From IMG/VR virus record IMGVR_UViG_3300030104_006589, positions 1-64,000 of that record: a stretch of DNA of 64,000 nucleotides; one strand, given 5' to 3'. The stretch is from an uncultured virus (IMG/VR IMGVR_UViG_3300030104_006589). Its lineage: Duplodnaviria; Heunggongvirae; Uroviricota; Caudoviricetes. This document shows positions 23,101 to 33,900 of the stretch, one piece after another. The translations under genes and the position numbers were made by a program. How positions within the stretch are numbered: the first letter of the stretch is position 1; every line of letters starts with the position of its first letter. The notes below the pieces were generated by a model. The model saw nothing but the letters and a program-made list of their open reading frames with translations, was not told the origin of the DNA and made no database searches.

Positions 23101-25251
23101 ATGGCGGCAGAAGGAAAAAATAAAGTAGCAAAGAGCTTGTTGGACATGCAACCAACAGCGATCTTGGAATTATTTAGAGTTTTTCCTGATAGGATCAACA
23201 AGCCTACTTTGTTTCTTGGTTTTCACGGAGGCGCAAATTTTAATAAATCAATTGTTTGGCAGGGAGTTAAGTATTTACCCATAGCCATGGAGGGGGAAGG
23301 TTTTGATGTATTAGGGGATGGTAAATTGCCTCGACCCAAAATAAGAATAGCTAATAAAAATAATCTTATTACTAACTTCCTTCAAAATTACAAAGATTTA
23401 ATTCATGCCAAGATAGTTAGGAAAAAAGTTCAGGTTAAATTCTTAGATGATGTAAACTTTGATGGAGGGAATCCTTTTGGTGTAGCCGATCCAAAAGCAG
23501 AATTAGCCAATGAAACTTGGTTAATGGGCCGCAAAACTCAAGAGTCTAAAATATTTGTTGAGTTTGAGTTAAACTCTCCACTAGACCTAGAAAACTTTAG
23601 TGTGAATTCTAGAGGTGTCGTGGCTAAATATTGCCCTTGGCAATACCGTGGAGAGGGTTGCAGATATCAAGGAATGCCGATTGAAAAAGATGATGGGTCT
23701 CCCTTTTTGGACTCTGAAGGTAAATTAATTGTGCCTGATTATCAGTCTAACCCAGAAAACTCTCCTGTTGATTTCTTTTTTGATGAATCTGCGGCGTGGA
23801 ACAGTCAAACCCCTGTATGGGTTGCTAGTCCCAGTATCACGATTAGACCATTGGGATCTACAGATATAAATGAAAGCGGAGTGCCTCTGAAGACCGTTTA
23901 TATTTCCACGGTAGATAATAATTCAGGCAATGCCCCTCAAGATAACCCTAGTTTTTGGTTAAAAGATGGTTGCAGTAAGAAGTTTAACGCTTGTCAAAAG
24001 AGATTTACTAATAACTCGGATCTCATAATGATAGCTGGAGACCCAGAAGAGAGAACAGTTAATGCAGTTAAAATTTCAGGCGCAGCTAGCCCTGAAAGTT
24101 CAAATGTCCCTAATTTTACAGGATTATTTCATACTACAGTTGAAGAAATAACAGGGGCATTAGACCCAAGAAAGGAATGGACTGTGATGGGTTGGGTCAA
24201 CGTTCAATCAACTTCAGCAAAGGGAGCGGGTATTTTTAGCACCTCTCAAAAAGACGATGGGTCATGGCCAAATAGTAGATTTGTAAACATTGGGGTAGAT
24301 ACCACAAATAGAGGAGGTAGTTCGGTAGGCCACAAGACTACTAAAGTTACCGCTGATCATCTTGGCTACTTGTTAAATAAAACAAGTTCAGATTCTAGCG
24401 TCAATGCTTACAGGTCAACATACCTTAACGAAACACAGCCTACAGTGCAGGGTAGTAACTTATCTTGGTATCAGTATATTATCACCCACCAAACAGGAAC
24501 CGCCACTTTTGCTAATCCAGATGTTCCTGCTCACGAACAGGACACCTTAATAAATTTTTATGTAAACGGAAATAATCTTTTCGATGGTAAAGGAAATGAT
24601 GATGCTCGTTTTGCTAACAATCTAGGAAATTTCGCTAGTTATGCTGAAAGAACGGGAATGACTTGGGATGGTGGCAAAAAAGCCCTACCAGAAACTTTTA
24701 TGTTGGGCGCTGTAGAATACTACACCACTTCCTTGGGTTATGAAAACGCTGGAACCCCTCATACCAGTTCAATGAATGGAAAGTTATTAACATGGGCAGT
24801 ATGGAATAGGAGCTTAAATGAGTTAGAAAGAACTTATCTGCGAAAACCTATCATGACACCCGCCGCAATGATTAACGATAACTGGGCGCAGCCACAAGAA
24901 GTTCCCAGACTTTATGAAGATTGCACTGGGCAATTCTCCACATTAACAGGGGGAACAGGAGATGGATTAGGAAGTGAACATCAACCTTTATCTTATGCTC
25001 ATAACTCGTTAGTTGCATGGTGGGATGCGACAACGGGTCTTATTGGTGATCCCGCTGATGATGTGACGGGAATGTTGGATATTCATACAGGAGGCTTCCA
25101 CCTGACAGGAAGCGGTAATTTTACGGGAGAATCCTTAACATATGTAGAAGGAACTATGATGAGAGTGCCTAACCCCACACCTAGAAACCCAAGATATGGA
25201 GGATTCCCAGGAACTGATGGATTTGGATATGGAAGAAGCGTTCAATACTAA
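23101..25251 (+). CDS. lambda gpL-like tail tip protein with LamG-like insertion
   Basis: IVWQG..Y, GKLPRPKI, FLDDVNF, VEFEL, CPWQYRGEGC, CSKKFNACQKRF, YGGFPG. Confidence 0.85.
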   Translation: MAAEGKNKVAKSLLDMQPTAILELFRVFPDRINKPTLFLGFHGGANFNKSIVWQGVKYLPIAMEGEGFDVLGDGKLPRPKIRIANKNNLITNFLQNYKDLIHAKIVRKKVQVKFLDDVNFDGGNPFGVADPKAELANETWLMGRKTQESKIFVEFELNSPLDLENFSVNSRGVVAKYCPWQYRGEGCRYQGMPIEKDDGSPFLDSEGKLIVPDYQSNPENSPVDFFFDESAAWNSQTPVWVASPSITIRPLGSTDINESGVPLKTVYISTVDNNSGNAPQDNPSFWLKDGCSKKFNACQKRFTNNSDLIMIAGDPEERTVNAVKISGAASPESSNVPNFTGLFHTTVEEITGALDPRKEWTVMGWVNVQSTSAKGAGIFSTSQKDDGSWPNSRFVNIGVDTTNRGGSSVGHKTTKVTADHLGYLLNKTSSDSSVNAYRSTYLNETQPTVQGSNLSWYQYIITHQTGTATFANPDVPAHEQDTLINFYVNGNNLFDGKGNDDARFANNLGNFASYAERTGMTWDGGKKALPETFMLGAVEYYTTSLGYENAGTPHTSSMNGKLLTWAVWNRSLNELERTYLRKPIMTPAAMINDNWAQPQEVPRLYEDCTGQFSTLTGGTGDGLGSEHQPLSYAHNSLVAWWDATTGLIGDPADDVTGMLDIHTGGFHLTGSGNFTGESLTYVEGTMMRVPNPTPRNPRYGGFPGTDGFGYGRSVQY

Positions 25252-25642
25252 AGTTAAAAAACCTGAGCAAGCCCTCAAGTTGATTAAGGAGATTTCTCAC
25301 GCAAATTTTAAAAGGGAAATTTGTGGTTTTATAGGATCTGACCGAGAAACAGGTGAATATATTGTGCAGCAGGAGGAGAATATCGCTCCCGACCCGTCAT
25401 CTCACTTCCTCATAAACCCCCTTAACTATTTATTGTTTAAGGATACTTATGATATGGTTGCCATATTTCATAGTCACATTTTAGGAGATGAGAGTGAATC
25501 TGAATTTGATGTGAAGATGGCTAATAATTGTTGCCAAGCATTTTTAATATATGGCATAAACACAAAAAAAATAAATATTTATTGCCCCAAAAACATAGAA
25601 GGGAATGTAAAAGTATTAGAGAGGATTAAGGAACTAGTATGA
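25229..25642 (+). CDS. gpK-like JAB/MPN tail assembly protein
   Basis: EICG, HSH-x7-S-x2-D; no NlpC/P60 domain. Confidence 0.8.
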   Translation: MEEAFNTKVKKPEQALKLIKEISHANFKREICGFIGSDRETGEYIVQQEENIAPDPSSHFLINPLNYLLFKDTYDMVAIFHSHILGDESESEFDVKMANNCCQAFLIYGINTKKINIYCPKNIEGNVKVLERIKELV

Positions 25643-26271
25643 CATTAATAAGATTACATGGAATTTTGGCCCAAGAGTATGGGAATACTTTCTGTTTTGC
25701 AGTTGGCAATCCAAGAAATGTGCTTGAAGCAATTGACTGTAATCGTTCTGGATTTAAATCGAGACTCATAGAACTTCATCAGGAAGGATTCAGCTATGAT
25801 ATAATTATTGATAAAAAAAGAATCAGTGAAAAGAACGAGATGGACAACATGTGCGACCCTGAAACCATTGATTTGGTTCCAGCCATTTCGGGAAGCGGGC
25901 CTATCGTTGGAGCCATATTTTCACTTTTAGGGGGGACTGGTTTCTGGGCAACTGTTGCTAAAGCTGTATTATTCGCAGCTATTAGTTATGCCTTAACCCC
26001 CAAGCCTGATCAACAACAGGTAGAAATAACTGCTAAAGCGGGGAAAGAATCTTTAATTTTTAGTAATAGGGCTAACGTTGCCAGTCAGGGCGCACCTGTT
26101 CCGCTAGGCTATGGAAGATTGAAAGTTGGCTCGCAAGTAGTTCAAGCAACAATTAAATCTTTCCCACAAAGCCAGAAAACTAGAGATGCTCTTAATCCTC
26201 ACTTTGAGAATCTTGAAGGGGAGGCAATTAACACTAATAAAGTATCTGATAGGTTTAATCTTAACGTGTAA
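25639..26271 (+). CDS. gpI-like tail assembly protein
   Basis: IRLHGIL, IDLVPAISGSG, QGAPVPLGYGRLKVGSQV. Confidence 0.85.
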   Translation: MTLIRLHGILAQEYGNTFCFAVGNPRNVLEAIDCNRSGFKSRLIELHQEGFSYDIIIDKKRISEKNEMDNMCDPETIDLVPAISGSGPIVGAIFSLLGGTGFWATVAKAVLFAAISYALTPKPDQQQVEITAKAGKESLIFSNRANVASQGAPVPLGYGRLKVGSQVVQATIKSFPQSQKTRDALNPHFENLEGEAINTNKVSDRFNLNV

Positions 26272-29200
26272 TGAATCATATTTTAAAGAGAATCAGTATT
26301 GCAGGAGCTAAAAAGGCAGATAAGCCTAAGCCTCCAATTTACAAACCTCCCGTGATGGGAGAGTTGCAATACGGTGCTTCTTTTAGTTATTCTGAAGTTT
26401 TAGACTTGGTAAGTGACGGACCCATTGAGGGGGTCTGTAATAATTTTGGGGTTGTTCAACGTGGTAGAGGGATTCTTCAAGGAATCTATTTGGATGATAC
26501 ACCTGTTGCTGTTTCAGTTGATAACACTCCTCGCGTAGCAGAAGATTTACCTGAAGGGCAAGTTCAAACATTAGAAATAAGTCCATCTACTCTTACAGTT
26601 GGAAATGACTCTGGCGCTAAATGTATGCGTAAATACTTTCAAGCGATTAACCAGCAGAGGTATCGTAGTAGAGATGGTCTTATTACCGACTTAAAAAAGG
26701 GCGGCACTAGGGGACCAATCCAACAAGGAGAATACCCTTGGCTTCCACATGTTGGTATGTTTATGCTTAGGTGGAGAAAAAGTAACAACTCATGTAGAGA
26801 TAAAGGCCCAAGAGACAAACAGCATTACGCTATTTATATAAGAGCTTATATTAAATATTATGGCTCATCGGATAAAAGATTTTATTGGTATTTAAATGGA
26901 AACCAAAGAACAGATCAAGGAAGCAGCCAAAATAATGCGGTCTACAGGAACTCTAATAAAAGTCGAGATAGACTCACTCACCTTTACTGGACAAACGAGA
27001 GAGGCTTGAGTAATTCATCTTTTTTCTTTGGTTTTGGCCATCGCTCAGGAGGAGGATATTTTGACAAGCAATTATTTAAAAAGAGTTCTGATGCTTCTGA
27101 ATTATTGGTGCGGCCACAGATTCAAAAGATAATGCAGTTGTGGAATGATAATGGCCCAAGTAATCCTGAAGGTAATAGATTCCAAAGAGAATTGGCAGCG
27201 CAAGCCTTGAGTGATTTAAATTGGAATGGGAGTCAAATGAACCCAGGAACGGGTGCTGCTGGTAATGGACTTCTCCATAACTGGTTAGAGAAAAGCAACA
27301 GAAGAAAGGCTCACGCCGTTATTCTTCTTGACGAGGTTAATCCTGATTTAGTTGGTAAAACTGTTCTAGAAGATGGAGAGGTTGCCCCCATGAGAACTTA
27401 TCCCTATGGAGGCAATCATGGTTGGAGTTTAGAGAACAAAATGAGAGCCGCAGGACTCAGAACTGCATCTGTAACCTGCCCAGAAGTAGATTCCAATGGG
27501 ATAATGACAGGAAAAATGTTTGGTTTTCTTGTTTTCCAACTTACTACTTCATGGAAGAAAATCAACAACTTGAGATGTTCGGGTCTGAATCGCGGTGAAG
27601 TTTTTCGCTCTTATACTGTATGTATAATGAAAAAAGAAAAGGACGTTCTTAAGGATATAAGTTCATTAAAATATTCTAAAGTTATTCCTGATGATGTTCC
27701 CCAAGAAGTTAATGAGTTTGAAATTGTTGATCAAAAATATAATTTTAGTAACGTCTTAGCTGAAGTTAGAACGGGGGAAGAAGATCAACAGCCATTTAAA
27801 TTTTTTAAACAGGTTTTTATAGATCATGTTTATAACCAAGAATTATTTGGACCCTTTTCTTCCAAAGGCAAGATCTATCCACAAAGGATCAATGATAACC
27901 GAGATATGCTTACTAGAAGCAGGGTTCTCAATAAAGGAGCTTCCAACTATAATATTGATGTAGATTCCAAAGGTCTTCCCATTAATGAGGGTAGTGATGA
28001 TGAAAGGTTAGACTCTAGGGATAATATCAGAGATTATTCATCGTGGGGAAAGAACTCCTTGATTAGATGGGATGAAAGAGCACTACCCGTAACCCACACT
28101 GTTTACAATCCTAATGTGACTAAGTGTTTTCTTACTCTACAAATTAATCAACTTGGTGACACCCTAGTTAGAGATGTAGATAACGTTCGTGCCGAAGGTG
28201 ATGAAGATTTAAAAATAGGAACTAAGTTTCCCACTGTCGTTAACATACAAGTAGAAGTAGGAAGATTTTTAAAAGATTTTAATGGAGGAGGCACTAGAGG
28301 GGGGCAAGTTGTTACCAATACTTATACTTATAGAATAGTAGCCTTAGTCGAATCAACAACTCTTATAGATATAGGAAATCCCGATTATAAATCAGAAGGT
28401 AGTGGTTCCGAATATGTTCTAAGCTTACATAGCACTGATCCACGGGCTGGTAAATTAAATGTGCCTTTTACATTACCCAAGTCAAGAATCTTTAACAACG
28501 ATGTCCTAACAGAAGATGGGGAAAGAGGAATTGAGGCAGGAACTATTGATGAAGATAGCGTAGAAGAAAGGTTCGTAAGAATAACTAAGTTATCATATGA
28601 GACTAATTCTGTTTTATTAGCAAAAGAAGTTTTAGTTAATAAGGTTACAGAAATTATTGAATGTGATTTACCCTATCCCTTCTCAGCTATTATAGGAACT
28701 AAGTTAGACTCTAGAGCATTTTCAGCTATTCCCTCTAGAAGTTTTGATTGCAAACTAAAAAAAGTAAGAGTTCCTAGCAACTATAACCCCACCGTAAACG
28801 GCATCGACAAAAGATATTGGGATAGGGTAGGAAAAAAATCAGAAGGGACAAATAACGCTCAAAAAGGTTCTTTTTATTGGACAAAAGCAGCCATCGAACA
28901 GGGCCGTAATGACGTAGACCCAGAAGCCCTTTTGGTTTATGAGGGAGATTGGGACGGTTCCTTTAAAGAAGAGCTAGAGTGGACAGACAACCCAGCGTGG
29001 ATTCTCTACGACCTACTAGTAAGTCAGCGATATGGAATGGGAACCCATATTGATGTAGATAGCATTAATAAGTGGCAACTATATAAGATAGGCAGGTTTT
29101 GCGATGCTGTAGATGAAGATGGATATTTTGAGGGAGTAACAGATGGAAGGGGTGGTAGAGAGCCAAGATTTTCTTGTAACATTGTTTTTGATCAAGGTCA

Positions 29201-30983
29201 GAAAATTTATGACGCTATTAACACTATTGCTGGTATTTTTAGAGGTAGAGCATTCTTTGGTAATTCAGAAATAAATTTTGTAGACGATAGACCTAGAAGA
29301 CCTGTTAATCTTTTCACTAATGAGTCAGTTAAGGATGGTTTATTCTTTTATTCTAATAATAGAAGAGATGAACAATTTAATACAATTGAGGTTGGCTATA
29401 GGGATCGCTTCGATAATTTCTCACCTAAGGTAGAAGTTATAGAAGACGAGGAGAACATTAGGGAAAGGGGCGTATTTAAAAAGAAGATAGAGGGAGTGGG
29501 GATAACTTCACGGGCAATGGCCCGAAGAGTGGGTCAGCACCAAATTTTTTCTTCTATTAAAGAAAATCAAACGGTTGCATTTACAGCAGGACTTGAGAGT
29601 CTTTTATGTCAACCTGGAGATTTAATTGTAGTAGAGGATGAATTAAAAACAAATAAATCTAATTTTGGAAAAATCCTAGACGTAAATATTGATAAGCAAG
29701 AAATAAGAATGAGTAACACTTTTGTCGCTGATGACATGACTGCGAAGGTTACTCTTTACCATCCTACAGGAGTTGACACTATTGAAGATGTAGATCTTTT
29801 AGCTAGTGCAAAAAGACAACGCTATCAATCATTCACTATAACAGGTAATCCTGATACTGCTCCTTGGGCTGGCTTTACAGGATACTATAGTTTTTCTGGT
29901 TATCTTAAGGGATACGCTGATATTGTTGACGAAGATGATAATAGATATGAGCAATATGCAGCCTATACAGGACTGACAACGGGAATTAATAGTGTTGAGA
30001 GAATAGCCACTCTTTATTATGAAACTGGAGTTTCTGGCTGGATGTTTGGCTCGGGAGAAGCTGTTAAATTAAAATCGGGAAGCTTTATTTCAGAACTGAC
30101 AGGAGATCAAAGTCTAAACGCAATGGGAACTGGGTTTTTGCTTCCTGTTGATATGACAGAAGCAGACAAAAGAGATTCTTCTGCATCTCTGTCTCCCTTC
30201 TCTGGCTTCGCTGTTGCAGGAGATGATGACAGGAATAGCGATAGTTTCATCGGCCCATATAGGGGAGCAATGGATAGCGAGATTTCAGGAGCAGCGCCCG
30301 AACAAATAACTGTATTAAATGTCACGGGAAGTGTGGTAAACAAAGCTTATGGCTGTTTAGTTTCGGGAGTAGATAAACCTGAGATATTGCAATTCGCTAA
30401 ACTTGGTAGTCCTGCTAAGTTTGAAATTACTGATGCGAGTCCATTTATTTACAAAGTCATAGGATTAAAAGAAGAAAATCCCAACGAATATTTAGTTACT
30501 GCCACTAAATACACCACTGGGAAATTTAATTTAATTGAAAAAAATATAAGCATTGAGGACAAGAAAAATACTTTCAGTTACCAAGTGGCTCAAGAAGTTA
30601 ATGGCATCACATATCAGACTCTTGACGCACCAGTTATAGACTCACTTACTACAGGTGTCCCTAATCCAGTAACTGATACCTTCACGATCACGGGTGTGTG
30701 GACCGCAATAGACAATGCTACGGGCTACAACGTCAGACTTACATTACCAAATGGTGATATAGAGGAAGCAACAAACCCAAATACTCTAACTGGCCACGCC
30801 TTTACAGGTATGAATCAAGTTGGTGTATTTAATTGGTGTGTTAACTCTCTTGGAAACAAGGGTGGTGAGGCTAATGTAAATGCTTATTTCGATTCTGATT
30901 ATGTATGCTCAGGTATATTTATTGTATACGAGGAGCTTTTCACATTTAGCCGAGCGTTTCTTAACCAAATAACTATATTATGA
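26271..30983 (+). CDS. gpJ-like tip attachment / host-specificity protein
   Basis: DLVSDGPIEG, YPFSA, WDGSFK, WTDNPAWILYDLL, EPRFSCN, GITSRAMARR. Confidence 0.88.
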   Translation: MNHILKRISIAGAKKADKPKPPIYKPPVMGELQYGASFSYSEVLDLVSDGPIEGVCNNFGVVQRGRGILQGIYLDDTPVAVSVDNTPRVAEDLPEGQVQTLEISPSTLTVGNDSGAKCMRKYFQAINQQRYRSRDGLITDLKKGGTRGPIQQGEYPWLPHVGMFMLRWRKSNNSCRDKGPRDKQHYAIYIRAYIKYYGSSDKRFYWYLNGNQRTDQGSSQNNAVYRNSNKSRDRLTHLYWTNERGLSNSSFFFGFGHRSGGGYFDKQLFKKSSDASELLVRPQIQKIMQLWNDNGPSNPEGNRFQRELAAQALSDLNWNGSQMNPGTGAAGNGLLHNWLEKSNRRKAHAVILLDEVNPDLVGKTVLEDGEVAPMRTYPYGGNHGWSLENKMRAAGLRTASVTCPEVDSNGIMTGKMFGFLVFQLTTSWKKINNLRCSGLNRGEVFRSYTVCIMKKEKDVLKDISSLKYSKVIPDDVPQEVNEFEIVDQKYNFSNVLAEVRTGEEDQQPFKFFKQVFIDHVYNQELFGPFSSKGKIYPQRINDNRDMLTRSRVLNKGASNYNIDVDSKGLPINEGSDDERLDSRDNIRDYSSWGKNSLIRWDERALPVTHTVYNPNVTKCFLTLQINQLGDTLVRDVDNVRAEGDEDLKIGTKFPTVVNIQVEVGRFLKDFNGGGTRGGQVVTNTYTYRIVALVESTTLIDIGNPDYKSEGSGSEYVLSLHSTDPRAGKLNVPFTLPKSRIFNNDVLTEDGERGIEAGTIDEDSVEERFVRITKLSYETNSVLLAKEVLVNKVTEIIECDLPYPFSAIIGTKLDSRAFSAIPSRSFDCKLKKVRVPSNYNPTVNGIDKRYWDRVGKKSEGTNNAQKGSFYWTKAAIEQGRNDVDPEALLVYEGDWDGSFKEELEWTDNPAWILYDLLVSQRYGMGTHIDVDSINKWQLYKIGRFCDAVDEDGYFEGVTDGRGGREPRFSCNIVFDQGQKIYDAINTIAGIFRGRAFFGNSEINFVDDRPRRPVNLFTNESVKDGLFFYSNNRRDEQFNTIEVGYRDRFDNFSPKVEVIEDEENIRERGVFKKKIEGVGITSRAMARRVGQHQIFSSIKENQTVAFTAGLESLLCQPGDLIVVEDELKTNKSNFGKILDVNIDKQEIRMSNTFVADDMTAKVTLYHPTGVDTIEDVDLLASAKRQRYQSFTITGNPDTAPWAGFTGYYSFSGYLKGYADIVDEDDNRYEQYAAYTGLTTGINSVERIATLYYETGVSGWMFGSGEAVKLKSGSFISELTGDQSLNAMGTGFLLPVDMTEADKRDSSASLSPFSGFAVAGDDDRNSDSFIGPYRGAMDSEISGAAPEQITVLNVTGSVVNKAYGCLVSGVDKPEILQFAKLGSPAKFEITDASPFIYKVIGLKEENPNEYLVTATKYTTGKFNLIEKNISIEDKKNTFSYQVAQEVNGITYQTLDAPVIDSLTTGVPNPVTDTFTITGVWTAIDNATGYNVRLTLPNGDIEEATNPNTLTGHAFTGMNQVGVFNWCVNSLGNKGGEANVNAYFDSDYVCSGIFIVYEELFTFSRAFLNQITIL

Positions 30984-33900
30984 TCCCAACAGGCTATACA
31001 GTTTTACAAGTTTCCAAGGACCAAGGAGCAGCCGTATTGCTATCTGAAGGGTATTATCATCCAACTGGAGCTACGGGGGCAGGTGGTTATTTAGCTGCTT
31101 CAGGAGCCGCCAATGGTTGGAATAGTGTTAGCTTTCTTAACCTTGTCTGGGCTGATCCAAATGCCCCTAGAGTCGGAGGGGGTCCATTCCCAGAAAGTAT
31201 TACTCTCACTGGACAAGTTAACGGAGCGGTTTCTGGTCTTTCGGTTGTAATCGGAGGAACCACTCCTAATGGTGACTTAAGGTTAGAGCCTACAGGATGG
31301 GCCGATTTTGGTAATATAGCCGAAGAAACTTCGGCTACGGGAATTAGTGGCTACGAGTTTTTAAAGGGAGTTACTTATAGCGGTGCTTGCTATGCTGTTT
31401 ATGAGGGTGCGGGTCAATCATGGACGGGTAAAGTCGGAATTGGAACAAGTGCCGCAGATATCGCTACTTCTGGTTACTATGAGGGTTCTTTCACAACGCA
31501 CGAAATTTTTGAATTTGACCCAGAATATCAAGTTGATACTGGAGACCTACTTGCAATAGAAACTGGTAGCGGAGTTTATTTAGAGGAAAACCTAGATATA
31601 ACATTTGGAATTACGGACCCTTTTGGACAAGAGCTTGAAAATGCTGCTGAAATTGCCGCTAATCCTTTTGTAAGTGGGCAAAGAATTAGTCTTTTAGATG
31701 CAAACGGTAATATGGTTTTTCCAAATTGGAGAAATTATGGAGACTCACAGCTTAGTATTGGTAAAAGAGATAGAGATGACGCTGGTTTAGGACAGAACTT
31801 TGGAGCATTATTTGAAACTGTTAGTTATGATGGAAAGATAAACAGAAACGAATATAACTGGAAAGCTAACAAGCTACAAGCACCCCATACCGTATATGTT
31901 ACAAGTAGTGGGGGAGTTAAAAAGAACCAAGCGGTAGAATCTCCCAACGCCGTTTATCCAACTGGAAAAACTGGAGACATTGCCAATCTAGCTGATCGAA
32001 AAGAAGCCCTTAGATATACAAACAACCAACCTGTTCTTGACTCATTGGGAAAAGAATTAACTGGTTCATCGGGTTACATAGAATTTGGATTAGCATTTGA
32101 CAATGACCCCACTTACACCCGCTATGGAAATATTACTCTAGCGGCAGGTCCAGAAGAAGATTTTAAAATTGATGAGGGGAGTATTGTCTTGGAGATACCT
32201 CTTGAGCAATCAAGAGAGCAAATTATTAGACTGGGTGCGGGAGATGGTATTCCTGCTGATACTGGACAATACTATAAAATGCTGGTGGATAATCCGTTTG
32301 GACCAGCACCAGTGTTTATTAATTGTGGTTTCGCTGTTTTAGAGGAGCTTCCTAGACCTCAAGAATTATTTCTTCCTGCTTGGGGCAATGCCGACCTAGA
32401 TGGAAACATTGTGGTTAAAGGTGAGAATGCGGGTTATATAACAGGCAACTGTCTAACAATTGGACCTCCCTCCTACGATCACCCTTATACTATCAATACA
32501 AAAGATGGTCATGTGGGAATAGGAACCTCTACATCACTTCAGGCGGGAGCAAAATTAAGTGTTTATGGAAGAGCGATTGGAACAGGGGATGGAGGAAGAT
32601 TGACTGGACCTAGTGATTTACCTTACTTACTCTCTGGAGATGCAGCGGGAACAGAATCTGATACTCTCCAAACAGTTGCTGATAGGGGAAATACAACCAC
32701 AACTGATATTGGTATAGGAATTAGCACTACCCCAACCAATAAATTAGATGTGGCGGGTGCAGTAGCAATAGGGAACACTTATGCGGGATCTGCCTCGGCC
32801 CCATCTAACGGTTTACTGGTAGAGGGAACTGTAGGAATAGGAAGCTCAGTTGGTATAGGATTCTCAACTTCTCCTAATGCTCAACTTCATGTTAGTGCCT
32901 CTGCGGGTGCTCCTACTTTTAGGTTATCAAGAGCGGCAACAGCCCAAATCTGGGAGCAAACAGTAGACTCCTCTAACCGCTGGCATTTACGAGAAGCCGC
33001 TTCAGAAGGTGGCACTCAGTATACTAGACTCCAAATAGATGACGATGGAGAAACTTTAATTGCCCCCAATGGGGGTAATGTAGGTATAGGATTTAGCACT
33101 AGCCCACCAAGCAATCAATTAGATGTGGCGGGTAGAGTAGGAATAGGGAGCAGTTACGCGGGGGCTACCTCGGCCCCATCTAACGGTTTATTGGTAGAGG
33201 GAAACGTAGGGATAGGAATCACAGAAGTTACTGCTCAAAAACTTTATGTTAAAGGAGCTTCTGCGGAAGTAGAGTTAGCTACCGATGATGGATATTCAAT
33301 TAAATCTTCCCAAAAAGCTGTAATAGCGGGAGTAGGAATCGGAAGCACAAGTATTAATTCCACAGGATCAATGATCGCTGGGGGATCAGGTCACCACATC
33401 AGTGGAGATTATGATACTATTGCTGGAGGAACACTTAATAACATATCAGGAGGTGACTTTAACTTTATCGGAGGCGGTTCACAGATCGACCTCACGGGTT
33501 CAGCTTATTCCTCAAGCATCGGAGGAAAGAATAATGATATTTTTTATTCTGACTACGCCATAATTGGAGGTGGTCGAAATAACAAAATAGAAAGTGCTAC
33601 AGTTGCTTTTATCGGAGGTGGCAGTAGCAACGAAATACACGATGGAGTTTCAGCTATAGCTGGTGGTGTATCCAACCTGATTTCAGGAGGTAATGGTTAC
33701 TCTTTTGTCGGAGGTGGAGAAGAGAACATGGTTTATGGAACGTTTAGTTCTATATTGGGGGGAGAGGGAAATAAAGTTTACGGAAATGATGCCGTTACTC
33801 TTGGTGGATGGTTCAGTGAATCAACGGGAAAATTTGCGCTTGTTGGCCCAGGAAGAGCTTCAAAGGTAAGCGGAGACTATGCTGTTGGTTTAGGAAATAA

